64,000 nt of DNA from an uncultured virus (IMG/VR IMGVR_UViG_2061766007_000892) (Duplodnaviria; Heunggongvirae; Uroviricota; Caudoviricetes). The position numbers and the translations under genes were made by a program. The notes under the pieces were generated by a model. It had not been told where the DNA came from, ran no database searches, and saw nothing but the letters and a program-made list of their open reading frames with translations. Location of the stretch: IMG/VR virus record IMGVR_UViG_2061766007_000892; one strand, written 5' to 3'. Below, piece after piece: positions 50,574 to 61,058 of this stretch (the first letter of the stretch is position 1; each line of letters opens with the position of its first letter).

Positions 50574-52141
50574 ATAGTGTGAGTGCAAAAGATAGAGAAA
50601 GATATGATTTTACTAATTTTAAAGTGGCAATAAAAAATCGTGGCCCTAGACTCCCAATCGGTGAAAGAGCATATTCACGCTGGGGCTATCGTACAAGTGA
50701 TCCGGTTCGCTATGAGGATTTTACGCTTGAAGAAATTGAGCGCATAATTTGTGAAGGTGATTTAGAAGCGTTAAGAGAACTTTCCCGTTATTATTATCGC
50801 ACTAACGGTGAATACCGTAATAATATTGATTTTCTTGCGCGTTTATTTCTTTATGATACAATGGTAATACCAGTATTTGAAGAGGGTAAAGGTTCAAAAG
50901 CTCAAATTTTAAAAGCATTTTATAGTGCTTGCAGATTTGTTGATAACTTAGATTTACCGAATGCTTTAATGCGTATTACCACTGAATGGCTAAAAACTGG
51001 TGTCTATAATGGTATTTTGCGGCAACAAGGAGAAAAGGCCGTAATACATGAATTACCATTAGAATATTGCCGCACTAGATTTAAGGATATGAATAATTTA
51101 AATATCCTTGAATTTAATTTACATTATTTTGATAAATTCCTAAGTGCCGAATTAAAAGCCGAAATGGTTGAAACTTTCCCAGAAGAAGTTCAAACTGCAT
51201 TTTGGCAATGGGAAGGCAGCAATAGAAAGCTAGACCCTTGGGTAGAAATACCCGCTGGCGCGGGCGGATTATGTTTTTGTTTTTCTGGTGACTGCACACC
51301 ACCTTTAATTGCTAGTATTCCAGATTTAAAACAATTAAAGGATGCTGTAAAACGAGAAGAAAAACGTGATGAAAATGAACTTTATAAACTACTTATTGAA
51401 AGGATGCCAATAACATCTGATGGTGAACTAGTTTTCCAATTAGATGAAGTGGCGGACATTCACTCATCTGTGGCCGCAATGTTAAGTGATATAGACACAG
51501 TTGATGTACTTACCACATTTGGTGAAACCGATTTAGAAAGTTTACAAGAAACTACCGCCGCAACACAGTCTGCTGACCGCATAGAGAAGTATAAGAAAAA
51601 CGCCTATGACGCATTAGGCCGTAGTTCTATAATTTTCAATGCTGATGGCAGTTCTACACTAGCTTATGCTATTAAGAAAGACGAAGCACTAATGCAGAGT
51701 TTTCTTAATATGTATGAAACTTGGATTCGTTTTCATATTAATGAAAAATTTGCGCGAACTGGTTTAACATTTGATTTTGAGATACTTCCTACCACTGTTT
51801 TTAACCGTAAGGATTTACAGAGCACATATTTCAGCGGAGCCCAGTATGGTTACTCTAAAATGCTTGCGGGTGTGTCTATGGGAATTAAACAAATGGATCA
51901 GCTTGCTATTATGAATTTTGAAAACGACTTCTTAAAGATGTCAGAAAAGATGATACCATTACAATCATCATTTACTACTTCTGGAACCGATGTTGCTGCC
52001 GAAGGAAAAAATGGAAATTCGTCACAAAATACTTCAAGTTCTTCGCAGAACAAAGACATAAATAATAAGGGAGGTCGTCCCGAACTTCCCGACGAAGAAA
52101 AATCCGAAAAAACTCAGGCCAACATTGCGGCCGCAGGATAA
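50570..52141 (+). CDS. portal protein
   Basis: Position after the terminase; size; C-terminal PLQSSFT...GGRP. Confidence 0.8.
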   Translation: MNSVSAKDRERYDFTNFKVAIKNRGPRLPIGERAYSRWGYRTSDPVRYEDFTLEEIERIICEGDLEALRELSRYYYRTNGEYRNNIDFLARLFLYDTMVIPVFEEGKGSKAQILKAFYSACRFVDNLDLPNALMRITTEWLKTGVYNGILRQQGEKAVIHELPLEYCRTRFKDMNNLNILEFNLHYFDKFLSAELKAEMVETFPEEVQTAFWQWEGSNRKLDPWVEIPAGAGGLCFCFSGDCTPPLIASIPDLKQLKDAVKREEKRDENELYKLLIERMPITSDGELVFQLDEVADIHSSVAAMLSDIDTVDVLTTFGETDLESLQETTAATQSADRIEKYKKNAYDALGRSSIIFNADGSSTLAYAIKKDEALMQSFLNMYETWIRFHINEKFARTGLTFDFEILPTTVFNRKDLQSTYFSGAQYGYSKMLAGVSMGIKQMDQLAIMNFENDFLKMSEKMIPLQSSFTTSGTDVAAEGKNGNSSQNTSSSSQNKDINNKGGRPELPDEEKSEKTQANIAAAG

Positions 52142-52146
52142 GGAGA

Positions 52147-53457
52147 ATGACTATGGATAGACAGATACCTATTTATTTTGATAGCGTTGTAGTCTCTTCT
52201 CCCATCGAAAGAATTTCAGAGTCAAATCCTAATTTGGGCCGCCTTAAAGTGCGCGTTTTCACTAAGTATGGAAATCGCAATGGCTCATACATTACTGATA
52301 AAGTAGCCGAGCAACTTATTAATTCTGCTACTCAGGGAACCACTCCAGTAGTTGGTTTTTTCGACCCTGAAACACAAAGTTGGGCTTCTCATAGTGGCCC
52401 TACTCTCGCTAACGCTTATGGTTATGTGGAAAGTTTTTTAGGATGGGAACCATTTGAAGACACAGATGGCGTTATTAGAGAATATGCTGTATTCTCAATT
52501 ATTTTGTTCACTAATTATTTTGAAGAAGCAAATAAAGTATTTGGACAGAATCAAAGCATGGAACTAGACCCAGATTCTATTGATGGTGCATGGACACGCA
52601 TTGATAATGTAGAATATTTCGTCTATACAAAGGCAAATATGCTTGGTTTCTGTATTATTGGTGAACATGAACCTTGTTTTTCTGTATCCTCATTCTTTTC
52701 TAAGAATGATGACACATATATATCTCAACAAGAGAAGTTCTCTTCACTTCTGTTTGACCTCAAAGCACAAGTTGAAGAGGCTGAAAAAAATAATGAAGGA
52801 GGAGAACAACCAATGAATGAGTTTGAAAACCAGGAAGTTGTAGAACAGGTTGAAGAGACTCAAGTTGAGAATCCTCAAGTGGAAGAAACACCAGATTCAT
52901 TTCAGGCTGAAGAAACTGTTGAAACAGAAGAGACTGCCGTCACTGAAGAACAAACAGAATTTGCTGAAAATGAGGATGAAGCTGTTGAAGAACCCGCAAA
53001 TGACGAGCCTTCTGAATTTGAAGCCCTCCAACAGCAGTTCAACGACCTACAAAATTCCTACAATGAATTACAATCAAACTATGAGAACGCCCAATCTCGT
53101 ATCACCGAGCTTGAACAGTTCCAGACAAACGCAAATACAGAAATTGAAAATTTACGCGCTCAAAACGAGCAATTACAAACTTCTCTACAATCTTACCAAG
53201 CTCAGGCAGTAGAAGCCGAGAACAATCGTAAGAATGAATTAGTAGAAAAATATGAAAAAGTAATGAGTGAGGAAGAAATTAGTCCAATTAAGGAAGTGGC
53301 TAAGGACTTTTCTTATGATGAATTGGAATCTAAGTTAGCAATTACTTTTGCTAATTCAAAGATCACTGGCAGTGAAGAAAAAGAAATGAAAGTGCCACTA
53401 CCAGATCCTGAAGAATCACAATTCGCTCTACTTATGAAAAAGTATCGTAAAAATTAA
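52147..53457 (+). CDS. prohead protease/scaffold protein
   Basis: NRNGS, QSMEL, GFCIIG..EPCF N-domain followed by an acidic coiled coil. Confidence 0.75.
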   Translation: MTMDRQIPIYFDSVVVSSPIERISESNPNLGRLKVRVFTKYGNRNGSYITDKVAEQLINSATQGTTPVVGFFDPETQSWASHSGPTLANAYGYVESFLGWEPFEDTDGVIREYAVFSIILFTNYFEEANKVFGQNQSMELDPDSIDGAWTRIDNVEYFVYTKANMLGFCIIGEHEPCFSVSSFFSKNDDTYISQQEKFSSLLFDLKAQVEEAEKNNEGGEQPMNEFENQEVVEQVEETQVENPQVEETPDSFQAEETVETEETAVTEEQTEFAENEDEAVEEPANDEPSEFEALQQQFNDLQNSYNELQSNYENAQSRITELEQFQTNANTEIENLRAQNEQLQTSLQSYQAQAVEAENNRKNELVEKYEKVMSEEEISPIKEVAKDFSYDELESKLAITFANSKITGSEEKEMKVPLPDPEESQFALLMKKYRKN

Positions 53458-53465
53458 GGAGGGAA

Positions 53466-54119
53466 ATGGCTATGAAGAGATTTCCACTAACAAGTGCCAA
53501 TAGTTATTCTAGCAAGTATCGCCCAGGCGAGAAGCTATATGCTACTCTAGAGCTAAACCAGGTAGCTTTCCCAAAGACTGGTATGGTAGTTTCACAGACC
53601 CCACTAGGTGACGAGTTCACTCTAGCTGCTCCTTGTGAGAATGGTATGTGGGTTGTAGCTGACAAGGCTGCTGGGGCTATTAAGTCTCCTACTGCTGCTA
53701 CTGATAAGCCTATTGGTATTGTTTATACTACTGAAAAGGAATATGATATTTTCCACTATGGTCTACAGACCTTTGGTCGCAAGATTGCTGGCGACTATCC
53801 TCGTGTTGGTATTTTAGGTGTTGGTGACACTGTTACTACTAACTGCCTACAATATGATGATACCACAGATTTCCCAGCAGTAACTACTACTGGAAGTGAA
53901 AAGACTTCTGATGAAGTTCTTGATGCTTATCTAAGTGGTGATTTAACTACTAATAAGGCTTATGTTATTATTTCTAGTGGTCAGAATGATGTAAAGAGCA
54001 TTCCACGTATTGTTAAGACTCTACCAAATGGCTATACTGGAATTTATGGCCGCATTGTAAAATATTACACTGTACCTAACGGCGAAAAGGGCGTTAAGTA
54101 TCAGATTATTAGTCTATAA
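53466..54119 (+). CDS. capsid decoration/minor head protein
   Basis: Position between scaffold and MCP; strongly biased codons. Confidence 0.6.
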   Translation: MAMKRFPLTSANSYSSKYRPGEKLYATLELNQVAFPKTGMVVSQTPLGDEFTLAAPCENGMWVVADKAAGAIKSPTAATDKPIGIVYTTEKEYDIFHYGLQTFGRKIAGDYPRVGILGVGDTVTTNCLQYDDTTDFPAVTTTGSEKTSDEVLDAYLSGDLTTNKAYVIISSGQNDVKSIPRIVKTLPNGYTGIYGRIVKYYTVPNGEKGVKYQIISL

Positions 54120-54134
54120 TAGGAGGTGCGAACT

Positions 54135-55250
54135 ATGAATAATCTACAGATTTTAATGAATGGTGTTTTCGGTCGCAAAGTTCCTGCCGAGTTCGCTGCC
54201 GAGAATTATGACTATGAAGCTGCTCTACATGATGAGCTAGTTAAGTTACTATGCGATGACAAGGGCCGTTTTAGCCGCTCCAAGTATCGTCGCAATAAGA
54301 TTGAGCTATTTGAGCTACTTGAACAGAACCTAGAAGAGGTTCTACCACAGAATATCCAGAATGCCCTAGATATGTTCTGCGAAGTTATTCGCGTTCCACA
54401 GGGTTCTCGCCTAGAGTTCCGTGTAACTCGCGGCAAGCAGCGTGGCCGTCAGTTCGTTACTCGTGCCACCGAGTCTGGTAACTATGAAACCTTCCGTCTA
54501 GACCGTGATCGTTTTGACGTATATCCACAGGCTATTGGCGGAGCCGGCTATGTTGATTTTGAGCGTTATCTTGATGGCGTAGAAAGCATGACCGATATTT
54601 ATGAAGTAATTCAGCAGGGTATTACTGACCGTATCTTTGAAATGGTTCAAGAAACTCTACTAAGCTCTTGGAATCTAGCTGGTCGTCCAGCCAAGAATAA
54701 GGTTATTGCTTCTGGTTTTGATCCAGCCGCGATGGTTAAGCTTTGCAATGTAGTTGCGGCTTATGGTTCTCCAGTAATTTACTGCTCTCCAGAATTTGCT
54801 GCTGAGATGGTAAATGCTATTGTTTATACTCATGATGCAAACAATGTTGGTATTAAGATTTCTGAACAGGATATGATTGAAGTTCGTGAGCGTGGCTATA
54901 TTGGCCGCTTCCGTGGCTTCCCAGTTGTTGTAATGCCACAGTCTTACACTGACGAGAAGAATGAGAAGCTAGTTATGAATCCTTCTTTCGCTTATGTAAT
55001 TCCTGCTGGTAAGGAAAAGCTAATCAAGCTAGGCTTTGAGGGCTCTCCTTATTTCCGTGAGTGGGATGATCATGAGGGCGATAATTCCATCGTTCTACAG
55101 GGCTATCTAAAGGTCGGTATTGGCATGGTCGGTACTCCTAATTATTGGGGCATCTATTATAATGCTGGTATTGAGGCTGATGGCTGGAAGGATTATAATG
55201 ATAATCTAGATTCTGCTATTGCTTCTGCTTATAGCACTGCACATCCATAA
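54135..55250 (+). CDS. major capsid protein
   Basis: Synteny, size, AGGAGG RBS, biased codons, downstream terminator. Confidence 0.8.
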   Translation: MNNLQILMNGVFGRKVPAEFAAENYDYEAALHDELVKLLCDDKGRFSRSKYRRNKIELFELLEQNLEEVLPQNIQNALDMFCEVIRVPQGSRLEFRVTRGKQRGRQFVTRATESGNYETFRLDRDRFDVYPQAIGGAGYVDFERYLDGVESMTDIYEVIQQGITDRIFEMVQETLLSSWNLAGRPAKNKVIASGFDPAAMVKLCNVVAAYGSPVIYCSPEFAAEMVNAIVYTHDANNVGIKISEQDMIEVRERGYIGRFRGFPVVVMPQSYTDEKNEKLVMNPSFAYVIPAGKEKLIKLGFEGSPYFREWDDHEGDNSIVLQGYLKVGIGMVGTPNYWGIYYNAGIEADGWKDYNDNLDSAIASAYSTAHP

Positions 55251-55338
55251 TTTAAATATATAAATAAATCACTTCAATGGGGTGGGTGAGAGTCTCGCCC
55301 GCCCCATTTTTCTTTTAGAGTTAAAGGAGGAAAATATT

Positions 55339-55788
55339 ATGGCAAAAATTACTTTAAAGAATATTAGTTCTGCTACTGTTGTTATTGGTTCTACAAATAG
55401 TACTATACGTTCTCGTAGCTTAGCGCCCGGGCGTATCATTACTCTAACTCCAAGTGAATATGAAGATTTAATGTATGAGCCAGGTATCCAAAATATGATT
55501 CGCGGCGGCTACATCAAGATTGATGGTGTACAGGAAGAACGCGCTGTTATTGAAACTCCTACCAATGTAAAGGATAAGGATGAAATCATTAAGATGATTG
55601 ATAATAAGGATATTACAGCTTTTGCTAAGTATATCAAGATTGCGCCTTCTGCTGCGAAGGAAACCATTGTACAGTATGTAGTAGATAATAACATTACTGA
55701 TAATGCTTTTACCGCTCTAATTAAGACATATTGCGGCGTTGATGTGATTCAGGCTATTTCTGTAAAACATCAAGCTGAAGAGAAGTAA
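55339..55788 (+). CDS. head-associated hypothetical protein
   Basis: AAGGAGG RBS; synteny. Confidence 0.65.
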   Translation: MAKITLKNISSATVVIGSTNSTIRSRSLAPGRIITLTPSEYEDLMYEPGIQNMIRGGYIKIDGVQEERAVIETPTNVKDKDEIIKMIDNKDITAFAKYIKIAPSAAKETIVQYVVDNNITDNAFTALIKTYCGVDVIQAISVKHQAEEK

Positions 55789-55791
55789 CAC

Positions 55792-56280
55792 ATGGCAACA
55801 CCCTTTCTCAAGGTATATGATGCCTTTCTAGCACGAATAACCGCGGATGAATGGACTCTTGAGGAAGAACTCGCAATCGTAGAGCGGGATTGGCAAGAAC
55901 TCCTTAACATCGCAATTTTTAGGTTCAAGTATCCGCGCGTTAGTCTGGAAAAAGAAGAAATTGAACCTAGCGAAGACAGTAATCCACATGAATTGAAAAT
56001 GTATCAGTTTGTTGATGATTTGACAAATGATGAAATTCAATTACTTGCTCTTTATATGAAGCATGAATGGGTAAAACGCTGTATTGCTAGTTGGGAGAAC
56101 ATTAGACAGCTCTATGCAGATAAAGATTTTTCACAAGCAAATCATTTAGATAAATTAAATAAATTAGAGGCTGCGATTGCCAATGATGTGCGGCGCGCGG
56201 AGGGTATTTATGACCGTTCACGCGCAAAGCGGCCAGCCAATTTATTTAAGAAATTAGCTGGTAAGAAAAATGCCTTATGA
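55792..56280 (+). CDS. head-tail adaptor-like protein
   Basis: TPF..VYDAFL..IT, EIQLLA.YM..EW, DFSQANHL; synteny. Confidence 0.65.
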   Translation: MATPFLKVYDAFLARITADEWTLEEELAIVERDWQELLNIAIFRFKYPRVSLEKEEIEPSEDSNPHELKMYQFVDDLTNDEIQLLALYMKHEWVKRCIASWENIRQLYADKDFSQANHLDKLNKLEAAIANDVRRAEGIYDRSRAKRPANLFKKLAGKKNAL

Positions 56281-56542
56281 TGTAACTTTTGACGGCTATA
56301 AAAATAAGTTAAAAGGTCGTCTTTATGGAGTGCTTTGTGAAAAAGAAAAGAATGGTGAATGGGAAAAATTTCTTGATTCTATTATAATTGAACTTGAAGG
56401 ATTGGGGCCAACTTGTATTAACTATTGGCCTCTTCTTGGTAAGTTAAATTCATTGCGCCATCTATCATATGAATATTTTAGAAAAACTATTTTTGAATGT
56501 ATGAATTTGGTGGGCGCGCTAGAAATAAGGGATAGCGAATGA
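56270..56542 (+). CDS. conserved neck-region hypothetical protein
   Basis: FRKTIFECMNL; synteny. Confidence 0.65.
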   Translation: MPYDVTFDGYKNKLKGRLYGVLCEKEKNGEWEKFLDSIIIELEGLGPTCINYWPLLGKLNSLRHLSYEYFRKTIFECMNLVGALEIRDSE

Positions 56543-57726
56543 ATTATTTAGATGTATATTTTTCCCGCATTAATCATATGGGAGAAACTACTGCCGAACG
56601 TATCCGTAATGGCGGTANNNNNNNNNNNNNNNNNNNNNNNNNNNCCTCATACGATAAGAAATTTATCTGTTGAGCGTGGAATTTATTTTGATGGCATTAT
56701 CCTTACAAGTAAGGATAAAGAATATGAAAAAATTATGTTTCTTGAAGTTGCCAATAATGTTCCTCTTTTAATTGGAGACATTATGAATTGGACTCTTGAT
56801 GATGGTAGCATTGAAAAATGGATTATCATTCAAGAAGAAAAGAAAGTGAATGGCACTTTTAGAAGTTTTTGGATTGTAAGGTGTAATTATCTTATGAAAT
56901 GGATTGACGCACAAGGACATTTACAACAATCTTGGTCATATTTTGTTAGTTCATTAGATAGTAAGATAAAGGGTAATTTCCGTACTTGGAATAATCTAAT
57001 TACACCACAACCTAATAAATATGCTGAATTACTTATGCCTCGTTATCCAATAGATAGAGCAACAAATTTTATTGTTGAAAAGGAATCTTGGACAGTTGTA
57101 GAATATGACCATACAAGTGTTCCTGGTGTAATTTATCTTTCTTTGACAGAAGGTAAAATTAATTCTATCTATGATGACGTTGAAAATAACATTGCTGATA
57201 TGGATAAACTCGCAAAATATAATTTAGATATGCCTCCATTAACACAAATTTTTCATTTGGGAGATCACATTCATCCCGTATGTACACTTACTAAAAATGG
57301 TAAGCCGAGTGATGAAGAATTAGAGTGGCTAACTAGTGATAAAAAAATTGTTCGTAATATTGATGGAGAATTGATTGCGGTTGGTAAGGGCGTAGTTACA
57401 ATTATAGCGCAGCTAAAAAATTATCCAGAAATTAAGCAATCTATTGACATTACTGTTGGAGAAGTAGAAGAAGTGCAAGAATTTACTGGTTATATTGAGG
57501 GACCGGATAGCATACGATTAGATCGTGAAGCAACTTATCAATTGAAGGGCACTTCTGNNNNNNNNNNNNTTTCATTAATAATGAACTTGCTAGAATTATT
57601 TCTTCATTTGATAATGAATGTATTATTCATGCAAATGCTAAAAATAAATTGGGAACAATTATTTTAACTGCTTCTTATAATGAGCAGTTATTTACAAAAG
57701 AAATAAAAATTATTCCATTATGGTAG
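56539..57726 (+). CDS. head-closure-like protein with C-terminal Ig-like domains (split by N-runs)
   Basis: MNYLDVYFSRIN... to ...KIIPLW*; WLTSD...GELIAVGKG.VTI.A Ig-like repeat. Confidence 0.6.
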
Positions 57727-57735
57727 GTGGTTTAA

Positions 57736-58257
57736 ATGGATTTAAATAATACACAAAGACGATTTGCCATAATGGGCAATAATACTTTTAAAATTGCAAA
57801 TAAAATAATGCAAAATCCTAAGATTTGCCGTTTATTAAAATATCAAACCAAGGATCCTTTAAAGCCTATTGACCCAATTACTGGTAATACGCAGCCAGAT
57901 GTAGATGGTATAGATTTAATTCATAAGCAAATACTTATTGTTCCTAAAGTTTTTGATGACAGCACAGAAAAGATGTCATATATTATTTCTGTATTTGATG
58001 ATTTTACTGTTAATCAGCTTAATCCTGAATTTAAGGTTTCAACTGTTCGTTTTGATATAGCCTGTCCATATGATGAGTGGATTTTAAATGAACAATCTTT
58101 GCGACCATATTTAATTATGGAAGAAATTGATCGTATGTTTAATGGGCAACCATTGGCAGGTATAGGTAATCTACAATTTTATCGTGCAGATAATTTAACA
58201 CTGTCACCTTGGATTGGTGGATATTCAATGAGGTATAAAATTAATGAATTTAACTGA
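57736..58257 (+). CDS. tail terminator/neck protein
   Basis: Synteny; LRPY.IMEEID..FN...GIG. Confidence 0.6.
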   Translation: MDLNNTQRRFAIMGNNTFKIANKIMQNPKICRLLKYQTKDPLKPIDPITGNTQPDVDGIDLIHKQILIVPKVFDDSTEKMSYIISVFDDFTVNQLNPEFKVSTVRFDIACPYDEWILNEQSLRPYLIMEEIDRMFNGQPLAGIGNLQFYRADNLTLSPWIGGYSMRYKINEFN

Positions 58258-59016
58258 TGATGAAGTTTTAAAATTTCAACGCGGCTCGCCAGTTTTTTTA
58301 GATGATATATGTGCGATTTATCCTGCAAAAATAGGAGAAATTGTAGATGAGGGTTATTCAAATTTTCAAAAATATTTAAGTGTTTTANNNNNNNNNNNNN
58401 NNNNNNNNNNNNNNNNAATAAATCTGATGATGGTGAATTAAAAGATTTAATGGAACAACTTACGGATTTCCAATATTTATTAATGATGACAGCAGTTGAC
58501 CCAGAGATTAATCAAACAGTAAAAGATGCTTTTAGATTTTTTACTCATGAAAATATTGTTTTTTCTTTGGATCCCGCGCAAATCATAATAGGGCCAATTG
58601 AAGAAAAACACTTNNNNNNNNNNNNNNNNNNNNNNNNNNNNTCAAACGAATGTATTTCATAGAACAAGAAGGGGAAGAAATTATTATTTCTAAAGACGAC
58701 CCACCGGCAGTAAGAAGATTAAAAGAACAAATGCGAAGAAACAGAGAAAAAGTTCGCAAAGCAAAAGCAAAACAGGCTGCTCAAGAGGGGTCAGATTTAA
58801 AGTTCTCCGACCTTATAGGCAGTATCACAATTGATAACTGCGGTTTAAACATGGAAAATGTTTGGAATATTACATATTACGCTTTTCACGACCAGCTGAA
58901 AAGAATGGGATGGCGTGATCAGTTTAATATAAACAATCAAGCCGCTTTGGCTGGTGCAANNNNNNNNNNNNNNNNAGCATTGGATGCGTTCCATTGCGAG
59001 CTCTGACAAATCATGA
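58244..59016 (+). CDS. tail-region protein (one gene split by N-runs)
   Basis: Three fragments join; ends WMRSIASSDKS*. Confidence 0.6.
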
Positions 59017-59035
59017 TTTATAGGAGGTAACTCAC

Positions 59036-60074
59036 ATGGCTGTTAATATTTTTGATAAGTATGGTATTAAGGAAGTTGCCAACGTTTATTTTGAGGCCCT
59101 AGAGGACGATCCTAAGTCTAATGTATATGCGGGTGACATCGTTCTATTCCTAGATACCCTAAAGGTTTCTACTATTGAGACCACTGCCGAGACCACAGAT
59201 GCTACTGGTGGTTGGGGCAATCCTAAGCTAATTTCTTGGGACTATGGTAAGGAAATTACCATTACTCTAGAAGATGCTCTAATTTCTCTTGAATCTCTAC
59301 GTTTCATGCTTGGTGGTGCTATTCATCGCTCTGGTGTAAATGAAGATTCTGTTGTTGTTCGTTATACTGAAGAAATTGAAGTTAAAGAAGACGGTAAGAT
59401 TTATATCCCTACTGATCATATCACTGGTAAGAAATTTGCTCGTCCTATTGTTGCTTCTACTCAACATCCAATTCGTCTAATTAATTTGGGTGGTGGCGCT
59501 AATAGTGAAACTGCTGGTACTCGTACACAGATTACTAGTGGCACTTTGACAGATGGTAAAGCTGTCACTTTCTATAATAAGGCTATGGGTATTGGCACTC
59601 CACCAGTTGAAGCAGATGACACTGTTTCTCCAGCAATTGAAGCTGCGGATAAGGTTGGTGTTGCTCCTAAGNNNNNNNNNNNNNNNNNNNNNNNNNNAAG
59701 AGGAAGTTAGCCAAACAACTGATAAGGATTATGCTGTTGAAGTAACTATTTCTCCAGATACTTTCCCAGGCACTTACCGTGTAGTTGGCGATACCTTTAT
59801 GCGTTCACAGAAGACTGGTAAGGACGAGGCGTTCCAGTTTGTAATTGGTAAAGCCAAGGTTCAGTCTGAGGTAACTATTACTCTAGAAGCTGAAGGTGAT
59901 CCTTCTACTTTCGAAATGACTCTAAATGTTCTACGCTCTGAGGGCGATCATGGTAATGAAATGATGAAGCTAATTCGTTATGGTGGCTCTGCTGCTGATG
60001 CTTCTAACGAAGGCGATGATATTGGCTCTCTTGGCACAGCTGAATCAGGTGGCCAGCAGGGTGGCGGCAATTAA
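59036..60074 (+). CDS. major tail tube protein (split by N-run)
   Basis: YGIKEVANV, GGWGNP.LISWD, FPGTY, EAEGDPSTF; terminator follows. Confidence 0.75.
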
Positions 60075-60119
60075 TTTTGAATAAAACTAGGGGCTTTATG
60101 CCCCTAGTTTTTATTTTAG

Positions 60120-60994
60120 GTGGTGAATCAAATGATTGACCAATATTTTGGTGTAAAAGAACTTTATGAAGTTGTATTAAAAGCTAAAGTTCCTATGCAA
60201 TTTGGTTCAAGGCGCCTAGAAGAGGGAGAACCCGTTCTTTATTTTGAGAATGTAAGTATCTCTATGCTTTCTGAACGAAATTCCCCTATAATGGCGCGGG
60301 GCGGTTGGTCCAATANNNNNNNNNNNNNNNNNNNNNAGTTACTTTTTCTTTAACTGAAGGCGTTATGTCCTCTATTAGTATGGGGATATTATTAAGTGCT
60401 AATATGACTGAAAAACAAGAAGGAACTTCTATTGCGGTGCCAATGCGTGAAGGGCCTTTTGAGTTAGATACAGGCGGCGGATTTTATTTAAATCATTATC
60501 CAATTTTACCGCCACAGAAAAAAGTTTTTATTTATGAATATGAAAGAGATGTGGGGCAAAGAAAAGTTTATGGAACTATTGATAAAACGCGATATAATCC
60601 ATTAACTGGAGAAATTGAGCCCTACATAATTCTATTTGATGATAAACAAAAAACAATAGAAGCGGACGCCACCAAACATTATATGGTGGATTATTATTAC
60701 GAGTATAAGGATGAAGCGTTAATATATTTGATTCAAAAAGAACGCTTTAATGGATTGTTCACTCTTGAGGGTAAATTTTACTCCAAGGATGAAAATGATG
60801 GCTTAAATTATACCAATTTAATTTATATGCCAAAAGTAAGAGTTGTGAGTGACATTAACTTACGCTTGGGAGAAAGGGCTGATCCAACTACGTCCGTTTT
60901 TAACATCGTTGGTATGCCAGAAAAAACGGATGATAGTAATAATTTAATATTGAAAATAACACGTCTTAATCAAGATATTGATGCTGATATATGA
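60120..60994 (+). CDS. second tail-tube-like paralog
   Basis: FGVKELYEV...ARGGWSN... parallels the preceding gene. Confidence 0.6.
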
Positions 60995-61058
60995 GCCACT
61001 TTCCTGGGTGTAGGAAAGTGGCTCTTTTTTATTTTGGTGAAAAAGGAGAGTGAGATAG

